In this document: positions 13,326-22,416 of the stretch, one piece after another
How positions within the stretch are numbered: position 1 is the first letter of the stretch
How the letters are laid out: each line of letters opens with the position of its first letter
Assembly: GCF_965213695.1 (NCBI RefSeq)
Contig: NZ_OZ243912.1
Coordinates: 2,297,482 to 2,361,481 of the forward strand
Reading direction: 5' to 3'
Source: Rubrivirga sp.
GTDB taxonomy: Bacteria; Bacteroidota; Rhodothermia; Rhodothermales; Rubricoccaceae
DNA length: 64,000 nucleotides
Notes under the pieces: model-generated
Databases searched by the model: none
What the model was told of the DNA's origin: nothing
Seen by the model: the letters and a program-made list of their open reading frames with translations, nothing else
Program-made: the position numbers and the translations under genes

Positions 13326-13499
13326 CGGCCCGCCAGCGCTTCGCCGGAGAGGATCTGACCGACCCGACGTCGCGGCGCCGACGCTCCAACGACCGAGCAG
13401 TCCTCCCACGAGGGGTGCAGGGCGAGGCTTCCCCTACCGTACCGGAAACGCCCTACTTGACAAGAACCTGGTTATGGGGGTTCTACCGCGTGGTGCCGT

Positions 13500-13769
13500 C
13501 TACGACCGCGCAAGGAGGCTGTCGTAGTCCGCGTGAGACCCGATCCAGAACCACACGACGGTGTCGTCGTCGATCTGACCCACTGCCCGGTACCCCTTCG
13601 ACACCCGGGCCGAGTAGAGCGGGGCCGTCGTGTGGACCCGCTTGAACTGGAGGCTCGGGGGGTGCGGGTCGGCCGCGGACTGCCGGTACGCCTTCCACGC
13701 CTGCTCCTGGACCTTCTCCGGGAGCGCGTCGAGCCGCTTGCGGAACGCCTTCGTCGTCTTCGACCGCAC
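13500..13769 (-). CDS. Type II toxin, RelE/ParE-like
   Basis: MRSKTTKAFRKRLDALP...HPPSLQFKRV...YSARVSKGYRAVG...VVWFWIGSHADYD; follows a small acidic gene. Confidence 0.8.
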   Translation of the reverse strand: MRSKTTKAFRKRLDALPEKVQEQAWKAYRQSAADPHPPSLQFKRVHTTAPLYSARVSKGYRAVGQIDDDTVVWFWIGSHADYDSLLARS

Positions 13770-13771
13770 CG

Positions 13772-13999
13772 CTACGGCCGCCCGAGTCCGTCCGGGTCGA
13801 GGTCCTCCGTCTCCCCCGCCCGGTGCTCGGCCATCGCCTCGGCCGCCAGCGCGGCGAGCGTGTCCTGGGACTGGGCGAACGCGGCGTCCCACCGGGCGTC
13901 GTCCTCGATCTCGTCGAGGAGGAGCGAGGCGAGGGCGTCTTGCTGGTCGTCCGGGAGGGCGGCGGCCTTCGAGACCGCCTTCTCTAGCAGGGCCGTCAT
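13772..13999 (-). CDS. Cognate antitoxin
   Basis: 75-aa acidic protein (MTALLEKAVSKAAALPDDQQDALA...WDAAF) ending 2 bp before the toxin. Confidence 0.75.
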   Translation of the reverse strand: MTALLEKAVSKAAALPDDQQDALASLLLDEIEDDARWDAAFAQSQDTLAALAAEAMAEHRAGETEDLDPDGLGRP

Positions 14000-14060
14000 G
14001 GCGAGAGCGAGGAGGTTGAGGTCAACGTACGCCGGGGGGTGCCGCCCGTTTCTGAGCGCG

Positions 14061-14189
14061 GTAGAACAGATGGACGCTCAGCCGCGTGAAGCTGAGGGCA
14101 CAGCACTGGGCCGAAGCGGTGGAGACGCCGAAGCTACGGACGGCCGAGAACGCTGGCGCTTCACGTCGGCCTGCAGCGGCGGGTTACAC
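14061..14189 (-). other. attC recombination site (129 bp)
   Basis: Minus strand: R'' GTGTAAC (contains the upstream gene's TAA), 5-nt spacer, arm GCTGCAGGCCGACGTGAAGC pairing over 17 bp with GCTTCACGCGGCTGAGC via 3 bulged bases, 8-nt spacer, R' GTTCTAC. Confidence 0.78.
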
Positions 14190-14831
14190 CGCGCGGTGGA
14201 TTTGCTGACGGTACTCCTCCTCGAACTGGACGCCCGCCCGTAGATAATGCCGGAGGCTCTGGAACGATTCGTCTATCCCGATCACCTCATTCAGTCGAAG
14301 CTCGGCGTCCCGGTGGGGGCCAACGATTGCGCTGATTAGGCGACCGATGCGTTGGAGCGAGTCGTGGACGTCTCGGAATGTGACCGGATGTTCCTCCGTG
14401 ACCTCGCGCTGCGGTTCAGAGAAGTAATCGCCCGCGATATGGACGAAGTACGCATTTCGCTGCTTCCGAAATCGCGCGAGCACGTCCTCGACTTCGCCGA
14501 GGATCGCTCGGCCTCGTGCGACCGCTTCCTTGACCTCGTCTGGCCCGCCAGCGCGGAACGCTTGGGGGTGTCGCTCCGCGTATCTGAGAAGCGTGTAGAC
14601 GCTGACGGCCCCGCGCGTTGTGTCAATCAAACGATTGAGCCGCAGCGTGGCGCAGTCGATGTGAGCGTTAAAGGTTGAGCGGAAAAACGCGGGCGCCGTC
14701 TCGATCAACTCCGGCTCGTCGCGTCCGAGATCGTTGATGTGACGCCAAAACTGGTAATGGACTATTCCGTTCAGGCATTCCCTTGTGAGTCGCTCGATCA
14801 GCCTGTCCAGATGGTCGCCGGGCGTGCTCAT
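14184..14831 (-). CDS. HEPN-domain protein (AbiU2-like), gene cassette
   Basis: Helical protein with RNAYFVH (Rx5H) motif; visibly more AT-rich than flanks; stop lies inside R''. Confidence 0.65.
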   Translation of the reverse strand: MSTPGDHLDRLIERLTRECLNGIVHYQFWRHINDLGRDEPELIETAPAFFRSTFNAHIDCATLRLNRLIDTTRGAVSVYTLLRYAERHPQAFRAGGPDEVKEAVARGRAILGEVEDVLARFRKQRNAYFVHIAGDYFSEPQREVTEEHPVTFRDVHDSLQRIGRLISAIVGPHRDAELRLNEVIGIDESFQSLRHYLRAGVQFEEEYRQQIHRAV

Positions 14832-14841
14832 TGGTAGCGCG

Positions 14842-14860
14842 GTGTAACCAGAAGTTCTGC
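14842..14860 (-). other. attI-like simple site
   Basis: Minus strand GCAGAAC-TTCTG-GTTACAC: inverse core, 5-bp spacer, GTT core; 16 nt before the cassette ATG. Confidence 0.55.
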
Positions 14861-14889
14861 TGACTGCTCGTCGGCAACAAGTCTCCCTC

Positions 14890-17004
14890 TCACTCCGCGT
14901 CCGCCGTCCGGGCCGAGACGAGGTCGCTCTGGACGTCACGCGGCACGGGGTCGTAATGGCTCGGACGGGCCCGGTGGAGCCCGCGGCCCTGCGTCATCGA
15001 GCGGAGCGACGTCGAGTAGCGGTAGAGCTCGGCCTCGGGGACGTGGGCCACGATCTTCTGGAACGGCCCCTCGGCGTCCATCCCCTGGATCCGCGCGCGG
15101 CGCGTGTTGAGGTCGCCCAGGACGTCGCCCATGTAGGACTCGGGCACCAGCACCTCGAGCTCGACGACGGGCTCCAGGATGGCCGGCTGGGCGTCGCGGA
15201 ACCCGTCGCGGAAGGCCATCTTCGACGCCGTCTTGAAGGCGTTCTCGTTCGAGTCGACCGAGTGCATCGACCCGTCGAACACGACCACGCGGACGTCGCC
15301 GACCGGGTACCCGGCGACCGGCCCCTCGCGCAGCATCTCGGCCACGCCCTTCTGGATGGCCCCGAAAAACCGCTGCATGTCGATGACGCCGCCCACGATC
15401 GCGTCGACGTAGTGGACGCGGCTGCCCCAATCGGTCTCGGCCGTGTGCTCGCCCCGGACCTTCATCGTCCCGTCCGGCACGAAGTCGCGGTCCATCGGCT
15501 CGACCCGGATCGAGATCTCGGCGAACTGGCCGGCCCCGCCCGTCTGCTTCTTGTGGCGGTAGCGGGCCTCGGCCCGGCCCCGCACCGTCTCGCGGTAGCT
15601 GATCTTGGGCCGCGCGAACGCGACCTCGACGCCGGCGCGGTTCTTCAGCCGGTACTTCGCGATGTCGAGGTGCATCTCGCCCTGCCCGGCGAGGGTGACC
15701 TGGCCGAGGTGAGAGTCGTGCTCGACGACGAGCGACGGGTCCTCCTTGACGATCTGGGCGAGCCCTTGCGCCAGCTTGTCCTCCTCGCCCTGGCGCGCGG
15801 CGCGGATCGCCAGCCGCATCCGGGGCTCGGGGTACTCGACCGGCGTGACCACGGCGTCCGAGCCCCGCGCCCGCAGCGTGTCGCCGGTCGACGTGTGCTT
15901 GAGCTTGACCGTCACGCCGATGTCGCCGGCCACGAGTTGGGGGACCGAGTCGCGGTTCGTCCCGTTGACGGCGAAGAGGGCGCCCAACCGCTCCGTCGTC
16001 CCGTCGCTCGCGTTCTCGAGGTCCATCCCGCCCGTCAGCATCCCGTCGTAGACCTTGAGGTACGAGTACTCGCCGACGTGCTCCTCGGCCATCGTCCGGA
16101 ACACGAAGGCGACCGGGTCGGCCTGGGCGTCGACCGAGACCGTGCCCGCGTCCATGTGCGGCGGCTCCATCTCGGCCGGGTTCGGGCAGACGTTGTCGAT
16201 AAAGCTCATCAGCCGCGACACGCCGACGTTCTCGCTCGCGACGGTCAGGAAGACCGGGAACAGGTCGCGCGCGATCATGGCCTTGTGCAGGCCCGTCCGC
16301 ATCTCGTCCTCCGTCAGCTCGCCCTTGTCGAAGTACAGCTCCATGAGCCCCTCGTCGTTCTCGGCGATGCTCTCGACGAGCTCGTTGTGGAGCTGGGCCG
16401 CGCGCTCCGAGAAGGCGTCGCCGATGGGCTCGAAGTGGGCCTGGCCGCGGTCGTCGAACCGGATCTGCTTCATGAGCAGGACGTCGACGATGGTCCGCGT
16501 GCCGGCCCCGGCGGGGAGCTGGACCGGGATGGCCGCCCGGCCGTAGCGCCCCTGGATCTTGGCCAGCGTCGTGGCGAAGTCGGAGTCGGCCGTGTCGAGC
16601 TTGTTGAGGACGAAGAGGGCCGGCGTCTCGGTCATCGCGGCGTAGGTCCACGCCAGCTCCGTCCCGACCTGGACGCCCTCGGCCGCGTCGATCACGAACG
16701 CGGCCGTGTCGGCGACCTTGAGCGCCGTGATGGTCTCGGCCGAGAAGTCGAGGTAGCCCGGCGTGTCGAGCACGTTGATCTTGTGGCCCTCCCACTCGGC
16801 GTGGAGGACCGACGTGAACACGGACATCTCGCGCTCGCGCTCGCTCTCGTGGAAGTCGCTGGCGGTCGAGCCCTCGGCCACGGTCCCCATCCGAGGGACC
16901 GCCCCGGCGCTGAACAGCATGGCCTCAGCGAGGGTCGTCTTCCCGCTCCCCTGGTGGCCCACCAAGGCGACGTTGCGGATGTGGGCGGCGTCGTAGACGG
17001 TCAT
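14890..17004 (-). CDS. fusA: Elongation factor G paralog (EF-G2 type)
   Basis: GHQGSGKT, DTPGY, NKLD, GQGEMHL, KKQTGGAGQF; switch I reads EREMSV rather than RGITI. Confidence 0.9.
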   Translation of the reverse strand: MTVYDAAHIRNVALVGHQGSGKTTLAEAMLFSAGAVPRMGTVAEGSTASDFHESEREREMSVFTSVLHAEWEGHKINVLDTPGYLDFSAETITALKVADTAAFVIDAAEGVQVGTELAWTYAAMTETPALFVLNKLDTADSDFATTLAKIQGRYGRAAIPVQLPAGAGTRTIVDVLLMKQIRFDDRGQAHFEPIGDAFSERAAQLHNELVESIAENDEGLMELYFDKGELTEDEMRTGLHKAMIARDLFPVFLTVASENVGVSRLMSFIDNVCPNPAEMEPPHMDAGTVSVDAQADPVAFVFRTMAEEHVGEYSYLKVYDGMLTGGMDLENASDGTTERLGALFAVNGTNRDSVPQLVAGDIGVTVKLKHTSTGDTLRARGSDAVVTPVEYPEPRMRLAIRAARQGEEDKLAQGLAQIVKEDPSLVVEHDSHLGQVTLAGQGEMHLDIAKYRLKNRAGVEVAFARPKISYRETVRGRAEARYRHKKQTGGAGQFAEISIRVEPMDRDFVPDGTMKVRGEHTAETDWGSRVHYVDAIVGGVIDMQRFFGAIQKGVAEMLREGPVAGYPVGDVRVVVFDGSMHSVDSNENAFKTASKMAFRDGFRDAQPAILEPVVELEVLVPESYMGDVLGDLNTRRARIQGMDAEGPFQKIVAHVPEAELYRYSTSLRSMTQGRGLHRARPSHYDPVPRDVQSDLVSARTADAE

Positions 17005-17040
17005 CGGGCGGGTCGGCGGCGAGCCGGGTGGAGGGGCGCC

Positions 17041-17069
17041 AAGATGCCCGGGCGTGAAGGGAATGTCAA
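17041..17069 (-). promoter_or_regulatory. Putative sigma70-like promoter of the EF-G gene
   Basis: TTGACA (17069-17064), 17 nt, CATCTT (17046-17041); TACCTT/TATCTT hexamers also lie upstream of genes at 658, 7304, 13129, 17849, 19077, 63830. Confidence 0.4.
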
Positions 17070-17078
17070 GGAGGGATG

Positions 17079-17200
17079 GGTCGAGCGGGTTCTACGGGTC
17101 GAGCGGGTTCTGCGGGTTGGAGCCGATGGGCTGCCCGATCCGTCCGACCTGCGCTCCGACCTGTCCGACCCGCGTAACCTGCGGGACCCGCAGAACCCGT
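17079..17200. repeat. Inverted array of degenerate 9-mers
   Basis: gggtcgagc/gggttctac/gggtcgagc/gggttctgc facing tgcgggacc/cgcagaacc. Confidence 0.7.
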
Positions 17201-17207
17201 CCCCCCT

Positions 17208-17840
17208 GTGCTCACCCTCGGACTCGACACGGCCACCGACGTCTGCGCCGTCGCCCTGCTCGACGGCGACCGCGTGCTGTTCGAGGCGACGCTCGACGTG
17301 CCGCGCTCGCACGGACGGCGGCTGGCGCCCCTCGTCGCCCAGGCGTTCGAGCACACCGACCGGACGCCCGCCGACCTCGGCTTGGTCGCCGTCTCGGCCG
17401 GGCCCGGCTCCTACACCGGCCTGCGGATCGGGATGAGCACGGCCAAGGGGCTCGCGCTGGCGACTGGCGCCGACGTCGTCGCGGTCCCGACGCTGCGGGC
17501 GCTCGCGGCGACGCCCGGGCTCGACGGGCCCGTCGCTGTTTTCCTCCCCTCGCGACGCGGCGAGGTCTACGCCGCCGTCTACGACCGGGGAGAGCCGGTC
17601 CGCGAGCCGAGCGCGCTCGCCCTCGACGCCGTAGCCGACTGGCTCCCCGCCGACCTCGCTGGGCTGGGCGGCCCCGGAGCCGACCGGCTCGCCGACGTCC
17701 GGCCGGACCTCGCGCGGCTCGGCCTCCGCCCGTCGGCCGTCGTCGTGGCCCGGCTCGGGCGCCAGCGGCTCCGGGTGTCGGGAGCCGACGACGTGGCGGC
17801 GCTCGAGCCGCTCTACCTCAAGCCCGTGGCGACGTCATAG
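17208..17840 (+). CDS. tsaB: tRNA threonylcarbamoyladenosine biosynthesis protein TsaB
   Basis: GLDTAT, GPGSYTGLRIG, LEPLYL. Confidence 0.93.
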   Translation: MLTLGLDTATDVCAVALLDGDRVLFEATLDVPRSHGRRLAPLVAQAFEHTDRTPADLGLVAVSAGPGSYTGLRIGMSTAKGLALATGADVVAVPTLRALAATPGLDGPVAVFLPSRRGEVYAAVYDRGEPVREPSALALDAVADWLPADLAGLGGPGADRLADVRPDLARLGLRPSAVVVARLGRQRLRVSGADDVAALEPLYLKPVATS

Positions 17841-18017
17841 CCCCGGGGTATCTTGCGCCCCTCGACCCTATGACGGCGCCTCGTTGCCTCCAGAGCGCGT
17901 TGCGCAGTGATTCGGTGAGTCGGAGGGCCCGCGAACGCGCCGGCTGGCGACGACGCGGGCCGTCGAGCCCGGACCCACCGCCCCACCGACGCACCGAACC
18001 CCTGACCCACTGACCCC

Positions 18018-18920
18018 ATGGCCTGGTTTAAGCGAGAGACGGCCGGCATCCAGACCGACCGCCGCGACCGGAACGAGACGCCCGAGGGCTACTGGCAGAA
18101 GTGCCCCGAGTGCGACACGATCACGAGCCAGCGCGAGCTCGAAGAGAACCTGTTGGTGTGCCCGTCGTGCGGCCACCACTTCCCGATGTCGGGGCTCGGC
18201 TACCTCCGCCTGCTGTTCGACGACGGCGCCTACACGCGCCACGACGCCCACCTCCACTCGACCGACCCGCTCGGGTTCGTCGACCAGAAGACGTACCCGG
18301 ACCGGATCGCGGCGGCCGACCGCAAGACCGGCCTCAACGACGGGATCGTGAGCGGGACCGGCCGGATCGGCGGCCACCCGGCGTCGGTCGCCGCGATGGA
18401 CTTCAGCTACATCGGCGGGTCGATGGGCTCGGTCGTCGGCGAGACCGTGGCCCGGGCCGTCCGTCGGGCGGTCGACGAGGAGCGGGCGTGCGTCGTCGTC
18501 AGCCAGTCCGGCGGGGCGCGGATGATGGAGGGCGCGCTGTCGCTGATGCAGATGGCCAAGACGAGCGCGAACCTCGCCGTCTTGGCCGAGCGCGGGTTGC
18601 CCTACGTCTCGGTCCTCACGCACCCGACGACGGGCGGCGTGACGGCGTCGTTCGCCATGCTGGGCGACCTCAACTTGGCCGAGCCCGGGGCGCTCATCGG
18701 GTTCGCCGGCCCGCGCGTGATCCGCGAGACCATCGGCCGGGACCTCCCGCCCAAGTTCCAGACGGCCGAGTTCCTGGTCGAGAAGGGGTTCGTGGACCGG
18801 ATCGTCCCGCGCGACCGGCTCCGCCCGACGCTGTCCTCGCTGTTCGACTGGACGTTCTCGTCCGAGACGACGGCCGACGTGCCGGCAGTCGCCCAGGACG
18901 AGGTCCGCGTCGAGGGATAA
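18018..18920 (+). CDS. accD: Acetyl-CoA carboxylase carboxyltransferase beta subunit
   Basis: CxxC..CxxC zinc ribbon, GGSMGSVVGE, SGGARMMEG, GFAGPRVI. Confidence 0.96.
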   Translation: MAWFKRETAGIQTDRRDRNETPEGYWQKCPECDTITSQRELEENLLVCPSCGHHFPMSGLGYLRLLFDDGAYTRHDAHLHSTDPLGFVDQKTYPDRIAAADRKTGLNDGIVSGTGRIGGHPASVAAMDFSYIGGSMGSVVGETVARAVRRAVDEERACVVVSQSGGARMMEGALSLMQMAKTSANLAVLAERGLPYVSVLTHPTTGGVTASFAMLGDLNLAEPGALIGFAGPRVIRETIGRDLPPKFQTAEFLVEKGFVDRIVPRDRLRPTLSSLFDWTFSSETTADVPAVAQDEVRVEG

Positions 18921-19103
18921 AGTCCGCCACTTGCCCTTCAGAACTGGCGGACCCCCTGTCCCGTCGCCCATCGCTGCGCTCAGGGGCGATGGACGCGCGG
19001 GCGGGGGGTCTCCCGGCCACGTGCGGTCGACGTCGCCAGCCCCTCCCAGGGCGGGCAGCCCCCGGTGGCCACCGGGTACCTTCGGCGGTCCCTCCGCCTG
19101 CCT

Positions 19104-20792
19104 ATGCCGCGCCTCGTCCTCGTCGCCGCCGCCCTGTGGGCCGTCTCCGCCAGCGCCCAGATCGACGAGGGGCTGCTGCCGCTCGACGACCCGGTCCACC
19201 GGTTCCTCCAGCACCAGCAGACGGCCGGCGCGCTCGACGGGGCGCTGCTGACGACGCTGCCGCTCTCGGCCTACGAAGCCCGGCGGATGCTCGACACGCT
19301 GGCGACTCGCGTCGAGGCCGGCGACGTCCGACTGGGGACGGCCGACCGGGCGCGGCTCGACCGGTTCCGCGGCGTGGCCCCGGCACCGGGCGCCGAGTGG
19401 GCGCGCCGGCGGCTCGGCTCCAGCGTCTACGGCGACGGCGAGACGCTGCTGGCGGCCGACGGCGACGGCTACGCCGTCCGCGCCCAGCCGCTGCTGTACC
19501 TCACGCCCGGGCTCACGCGACGGACCGAGCGACCGGACCGCGACGCCCGCATCCCGACGTACCGGCTCTCGCGCGGCGTCGGCGTGGCCGGCCACGCGGG
19601 GCCCGTCTTTTTCGACGCGACCGTCCTGGAAAACCAGGAGCGCCCGGCCGAGGTCGAGTGGGAGTCGTTCACGGCGCCGCGCCTGGGGTTCACCAAGCTC
19701 ATCGGCGACGACGACGTGTACGACTACATCGCAGCGACGGGCGTCGTGGGATTCACGTCGCGGTTTTTCGAGGTCCGCGCCGGGCGCGAGCGCGCAAACT
19801 GGGGGTTCGGCGAGGGCTCGCTCGAGTTGGCGGACTACACCGCGCCCCAGGACCACGTCGAGATCCGGGCCCGGTTCTGGCGCGTCCGCTACACGAACCG
19901 CTATTCGCGGCGGGTCCGGCCGGTCGAGCGCGTGCCGGGCGATCCCCAGCTCTACCCGCGCAGCTACTCGGCGCTGCACCAGCTGGCCATCGACCTACCC
20001 GGCGGCGTCCAGGCCGAGCTGTTCGAGATCGTCGCGTTCGCCGACGACTCGACGGGCGGCGCGCGGCGCGGGTTCGAGCCGGCCTACCTCAACCCGTTCG
20101 TCCTGTACCGTGCCGTCGAGGGCGACCTCGGCACGTTCGACAACGCCCTGCTCGGCGTCGGGCTGGCGTGGAACGCGGCGCCGGGATACCGAGCGTATGG
20201 CCAGTTGCTGATCGACGAGCTCCGGTTCAGCGAGCTCGGCAACGACTGGTGGGGCAACAAGTGGGGGGTTTTGGTGGGCGCCCACGTCGTCGACCCCGGG
20301 TGGGGCGACGCGCGGCTCCGGGGCCTCTCGCTCCGGGCCGAATACGCGCGCCAACGGCCGTACCTCTACACGCACCGCTCCGAGTCCAGCGCCTACGTCC
20401 ACTACGGCGATGGGCTGGGCCACCCGGCCGGGCCCAACACGTCCGACCTCTCGACGTGGGCGCTGTACGCGCCGCTCCCCCGCCTCGAAGTCGGGCTCCA
20501 CGTCTCGCACACGGTCCGCGGGCGGAACACGGCGACCGAGAACTTCGGCTCGGACCCGACGCTGACCTACGACACGCGGACGTCGAACTACGGCGTCGAG
20601 ACGTTGCAGGGCGTCCGCCAGCGCGAGACGATCCTGGAGGCGTGGACCGGCGTCGAGGTGCTGCCGGAGGCCGTGCTCGGCGTCGGCCTCACGTATCGCG
20701 GCGTGGACGATGACGGGCTCGGGCGGGACCGGGCCGTGACCGGGTTCGCCCAGCTCCGGTGGGGCTTGCCCTACCAAACGCGGCGGTTTTAG
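19104..20792 (+). CDS. Outer-membrane capsule assembly Wzi-like protein
   Basis: Signal peptide, beta-strand-rich body, YLNPF and DNALLG motifs, terminal Phe; next to the polysaccharide locus. Confidence 0.6.
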   Translation: MPRLVLVAAALWAVSASAQIDEGLLPLDDPVHRFLQHQQTAGALDGALLTTLPLSAYEARRMLDTLATRVEAGDVRLGTADRARLDRFRGVAPAPGAEWARRRLGSSVYGDGETLLAADGDGYAVRAQPLLYLTPGLTRRTERPDRDARIPTYRLSRGVGVAGHAGPVFFDATVLENQERPAEVEWESFTAPRLGFTKLIGDDDVYDYIAATGVVGFTSRFFEVRAGRERANWGFGEGSLELADYTAPQDHVEIRARFWRVRYTNRYSRRVRPVERVPGDPQLYPRSYSALHQLAIDLPGGVQAELFEIVAFADDSTGGARRGFEPAYLNPFVLYRAVEGDLGTFDNALLGVGLAWNAAPGYRAYGQLLIDELRFSELGNDWWGNKWGVLVGAHVVDPGWGDARLRGLSLRAEYARQRPYLYTHRSESSAYVHYGDGLGHPAGPNTSDLSTWALYAPLPRLEVGLHVSHTVRGRNTATENFGSDPTLTYDTRTSNYGVETLQGVRQRETILEAWTGVEVLPEAVLGVGLTYRGVDDDGLGRDRAVTGFAQLRWGLPYQTRRF

Positions 20793-20816
20793 GGCGAACG
20801 CGGGAGTTCTCCAGAT

Positions 20817-20931
20817 CTGTCATCCTGAGCGGAGCGAAGGATCTCGACTCGATCCATCGGGCCTTGAACGGCCGGTGTCGAAGGCGTGAGCGTTCGGCGC
20901 TGAGATCCTTCGCGAGCGCTCAGGATGACAG
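20817..20931. repeat. REP doublet, GTCATCCTGAG family
   Basis: CTGTCATCCTGAGCGGAGCGAAGGATCTC...GAGATCCTTCGCGAGCGCTCAGGATGACAG; related copies 22417-22658 and 46721-46831. Confidence 0.85.
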
Positions 20932-20991
20932 GATGCTGATGTTGCAGCGCAGCGGGCCCAAGTGGTGGACCCGGACCGTCTCGGCGATGGT

Positions 20992-22275
20992 TCACGCCGG
21001 AGCGTTCCCCTCCGAGAGAGAGTCGACCGCGGGGGCCAGCTCCAAACCCAACCGCTCGGCGAGCATCTGCGCCCAGCGCTCGGTCAGGATCGGCCGGTCG
21101 AACTCGGCCTCGAACACGGCCCGGGCCTGGCGGCCGGTGGCCCGGCGCGCGTCGGGGTCGTCGGCGAAGCGATGGAGGGCGGCGACGACATCGGCGGCGG
21201 CCCCGCCTTTCTCCGGGTCGATCACCTCGCCGACGCCGTGCTCCTGGATCGTCTGGCCCGGCTCCGACCGCTCGGGGCCGACCATCAGCGTCGGCCGGCC
21301 GGCGGCCATGATGCCGTAGAGCTTGCTCGGGACGGCGATCCCCGCGAACGCCTCCTGCAACGTGAGCAGGTGGACGTCGGCGGCCGATAGCGACTCGGCG
21401 ATCTGCTCGCGCGGGACGTAGTCGTGGACGCTCGCGTTCGCCAGCCTGTGCTCGGCGATGAACGCCTCGATGGCCGCCCGCCGCGGGCCCGACCCGATGA
21501 ACACGAACCGGAACTGGTCGTCGTCCCGCAACAGACGCATGGCTTCCAGCACCTCGTCGAAGCGGTGGGCGAGCCCGGCGTTGCCCGAGTACATCACCGT
21601 GAGCTGGTCGTCGCGGAGCCCGAGCGACCGGCGGACGCCGTTGTCGGCCGGCTCGACCGGGCGGACCTCGTCGCTGCTGCTCCACACGCCGATCGTCTCC
21701 TGCCGACTGGCCGGGACGCCGCGCGACGCGATCCGCTCCTTCATGCGGAAGCCGAGGTCGACGACCACGTCGGCGTGGCGGTAGCCGGCGTCGTTGAAGG
21801 CGTGGAGCCGGCGGGCGGCGACGCTGTCGGGCCGGAGCATCCCGAGCGCGATCTCGGCGTCGGGGTGGAGGTCCATCGACCAGACGGCGTAGCGCTGGCC
21901 CCGGAGTCGCCTTGCGAGGGACGCGGCGTAGCCGAGCAGCGGCGGCGTCGTGCAGACGACGACGAGGTCGTAACGGGGGCCGGACAGCAGCCGACGGACC
22001 ACGCCGGCGTAGTACCCGGCGTAGTCGGCCACGCGGCCGGCGTTCGAGCCGCGCCCGAACGAGGTCGTTGCGAGGCGGCGGATGCGGACGCCGTTCCGCA
22101 CCTCCTGGGCCGGCGCCGCGAGGTCGCCCGAGACGTACTTGCCCCGGCCCGTCAGCACGTCGACGACGAACCCGCGTCGGACGAGGTCCTCCGCCAGGTC
22201 GGTCAGGATCTGCCCGGTCGCGGCGACGTCCGGCCAGTAGTGCTGGTTGACGAACAGGAGGCGGGGGCGGGACAT
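20992..22275 (-). CDS. GT4 glycosyltransferase (WcaI-like)
   Basis: NQHYWPDVAATG, YSGNAG, VPSKLYGIMAAG. Confidence 0.88.
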   Translation of the reverse strand: MSRPRLLFVNQHYWPDVAATGQILTDLAEDLVRRGFVVDVLTGRGKYVSGDLAAPAQEVRNGVRIRRLATTSFGRGSNAGRVADYAGYYAGVVRRLLSGPRYDLVVVCTTPPLLGYAASLARRLRGQRYAVWSMDLHPDAEIALGMLRPDSVAARRLHAFNDAGYRHADVVVDLGFRMKERIASRGVPASRQETIGVWSSSDEVRPVEPADNGVRRSLGLRDDQLTVMYSGNAGLAHRFDEVLEAMRLLRDDDQFRFVFIGSGPRRAAIEAFIAEHRLANASVHDYVPREQIAESLSAADVHLLTLQEAFAGIAVPSKLYGIMAAGRPTLMVGPERSEPGQTIQEHGVGEVIDPEKGGAAADVVAALHRFADDPDARRATGRQARAVFEAEFDRPILTERWAQMLAERLGLELAPAVDSLSEGNAPA

Positions 22276-22416
22276 GCGAGGCGGCGCGGGGGACGGTCCT
22301 CCATGTTCGGCCGGAACCCTTGCAAGATGAAGCGGCTGCGGGCGAATGCCCCCGCTCTTCCCACACCGATGGGGTCGATGCACGATGCGTCAGCGGAGCG
22401 GTCGGATCGCCCTACT

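Larger units (their letters stand above)
13461..14860 (-). mobile_element. Integron-like cassette array (attI-like site + 2 cassettes), no integrase in window
   Basis: attI-like simple site 14842-14860; attC 14061-14189; each cassette flanked by its own 11-12-bp inverted core repeats. Confidence 0.72.

Noticed and set aside
13107-13499. RNase P RNA, tmRNA or SRP RNA
   Set aside because: Hallmarks not found (GAGGAAAGTCC, tRNA-like ends, SRP GGAAGGAAGCAG loop).
13500-13527. CTACGAC...GTCGTAG hairpin as an ncRNA
   Set aside because: Lies within the toxin's last codons and has only a 7-bp stem.
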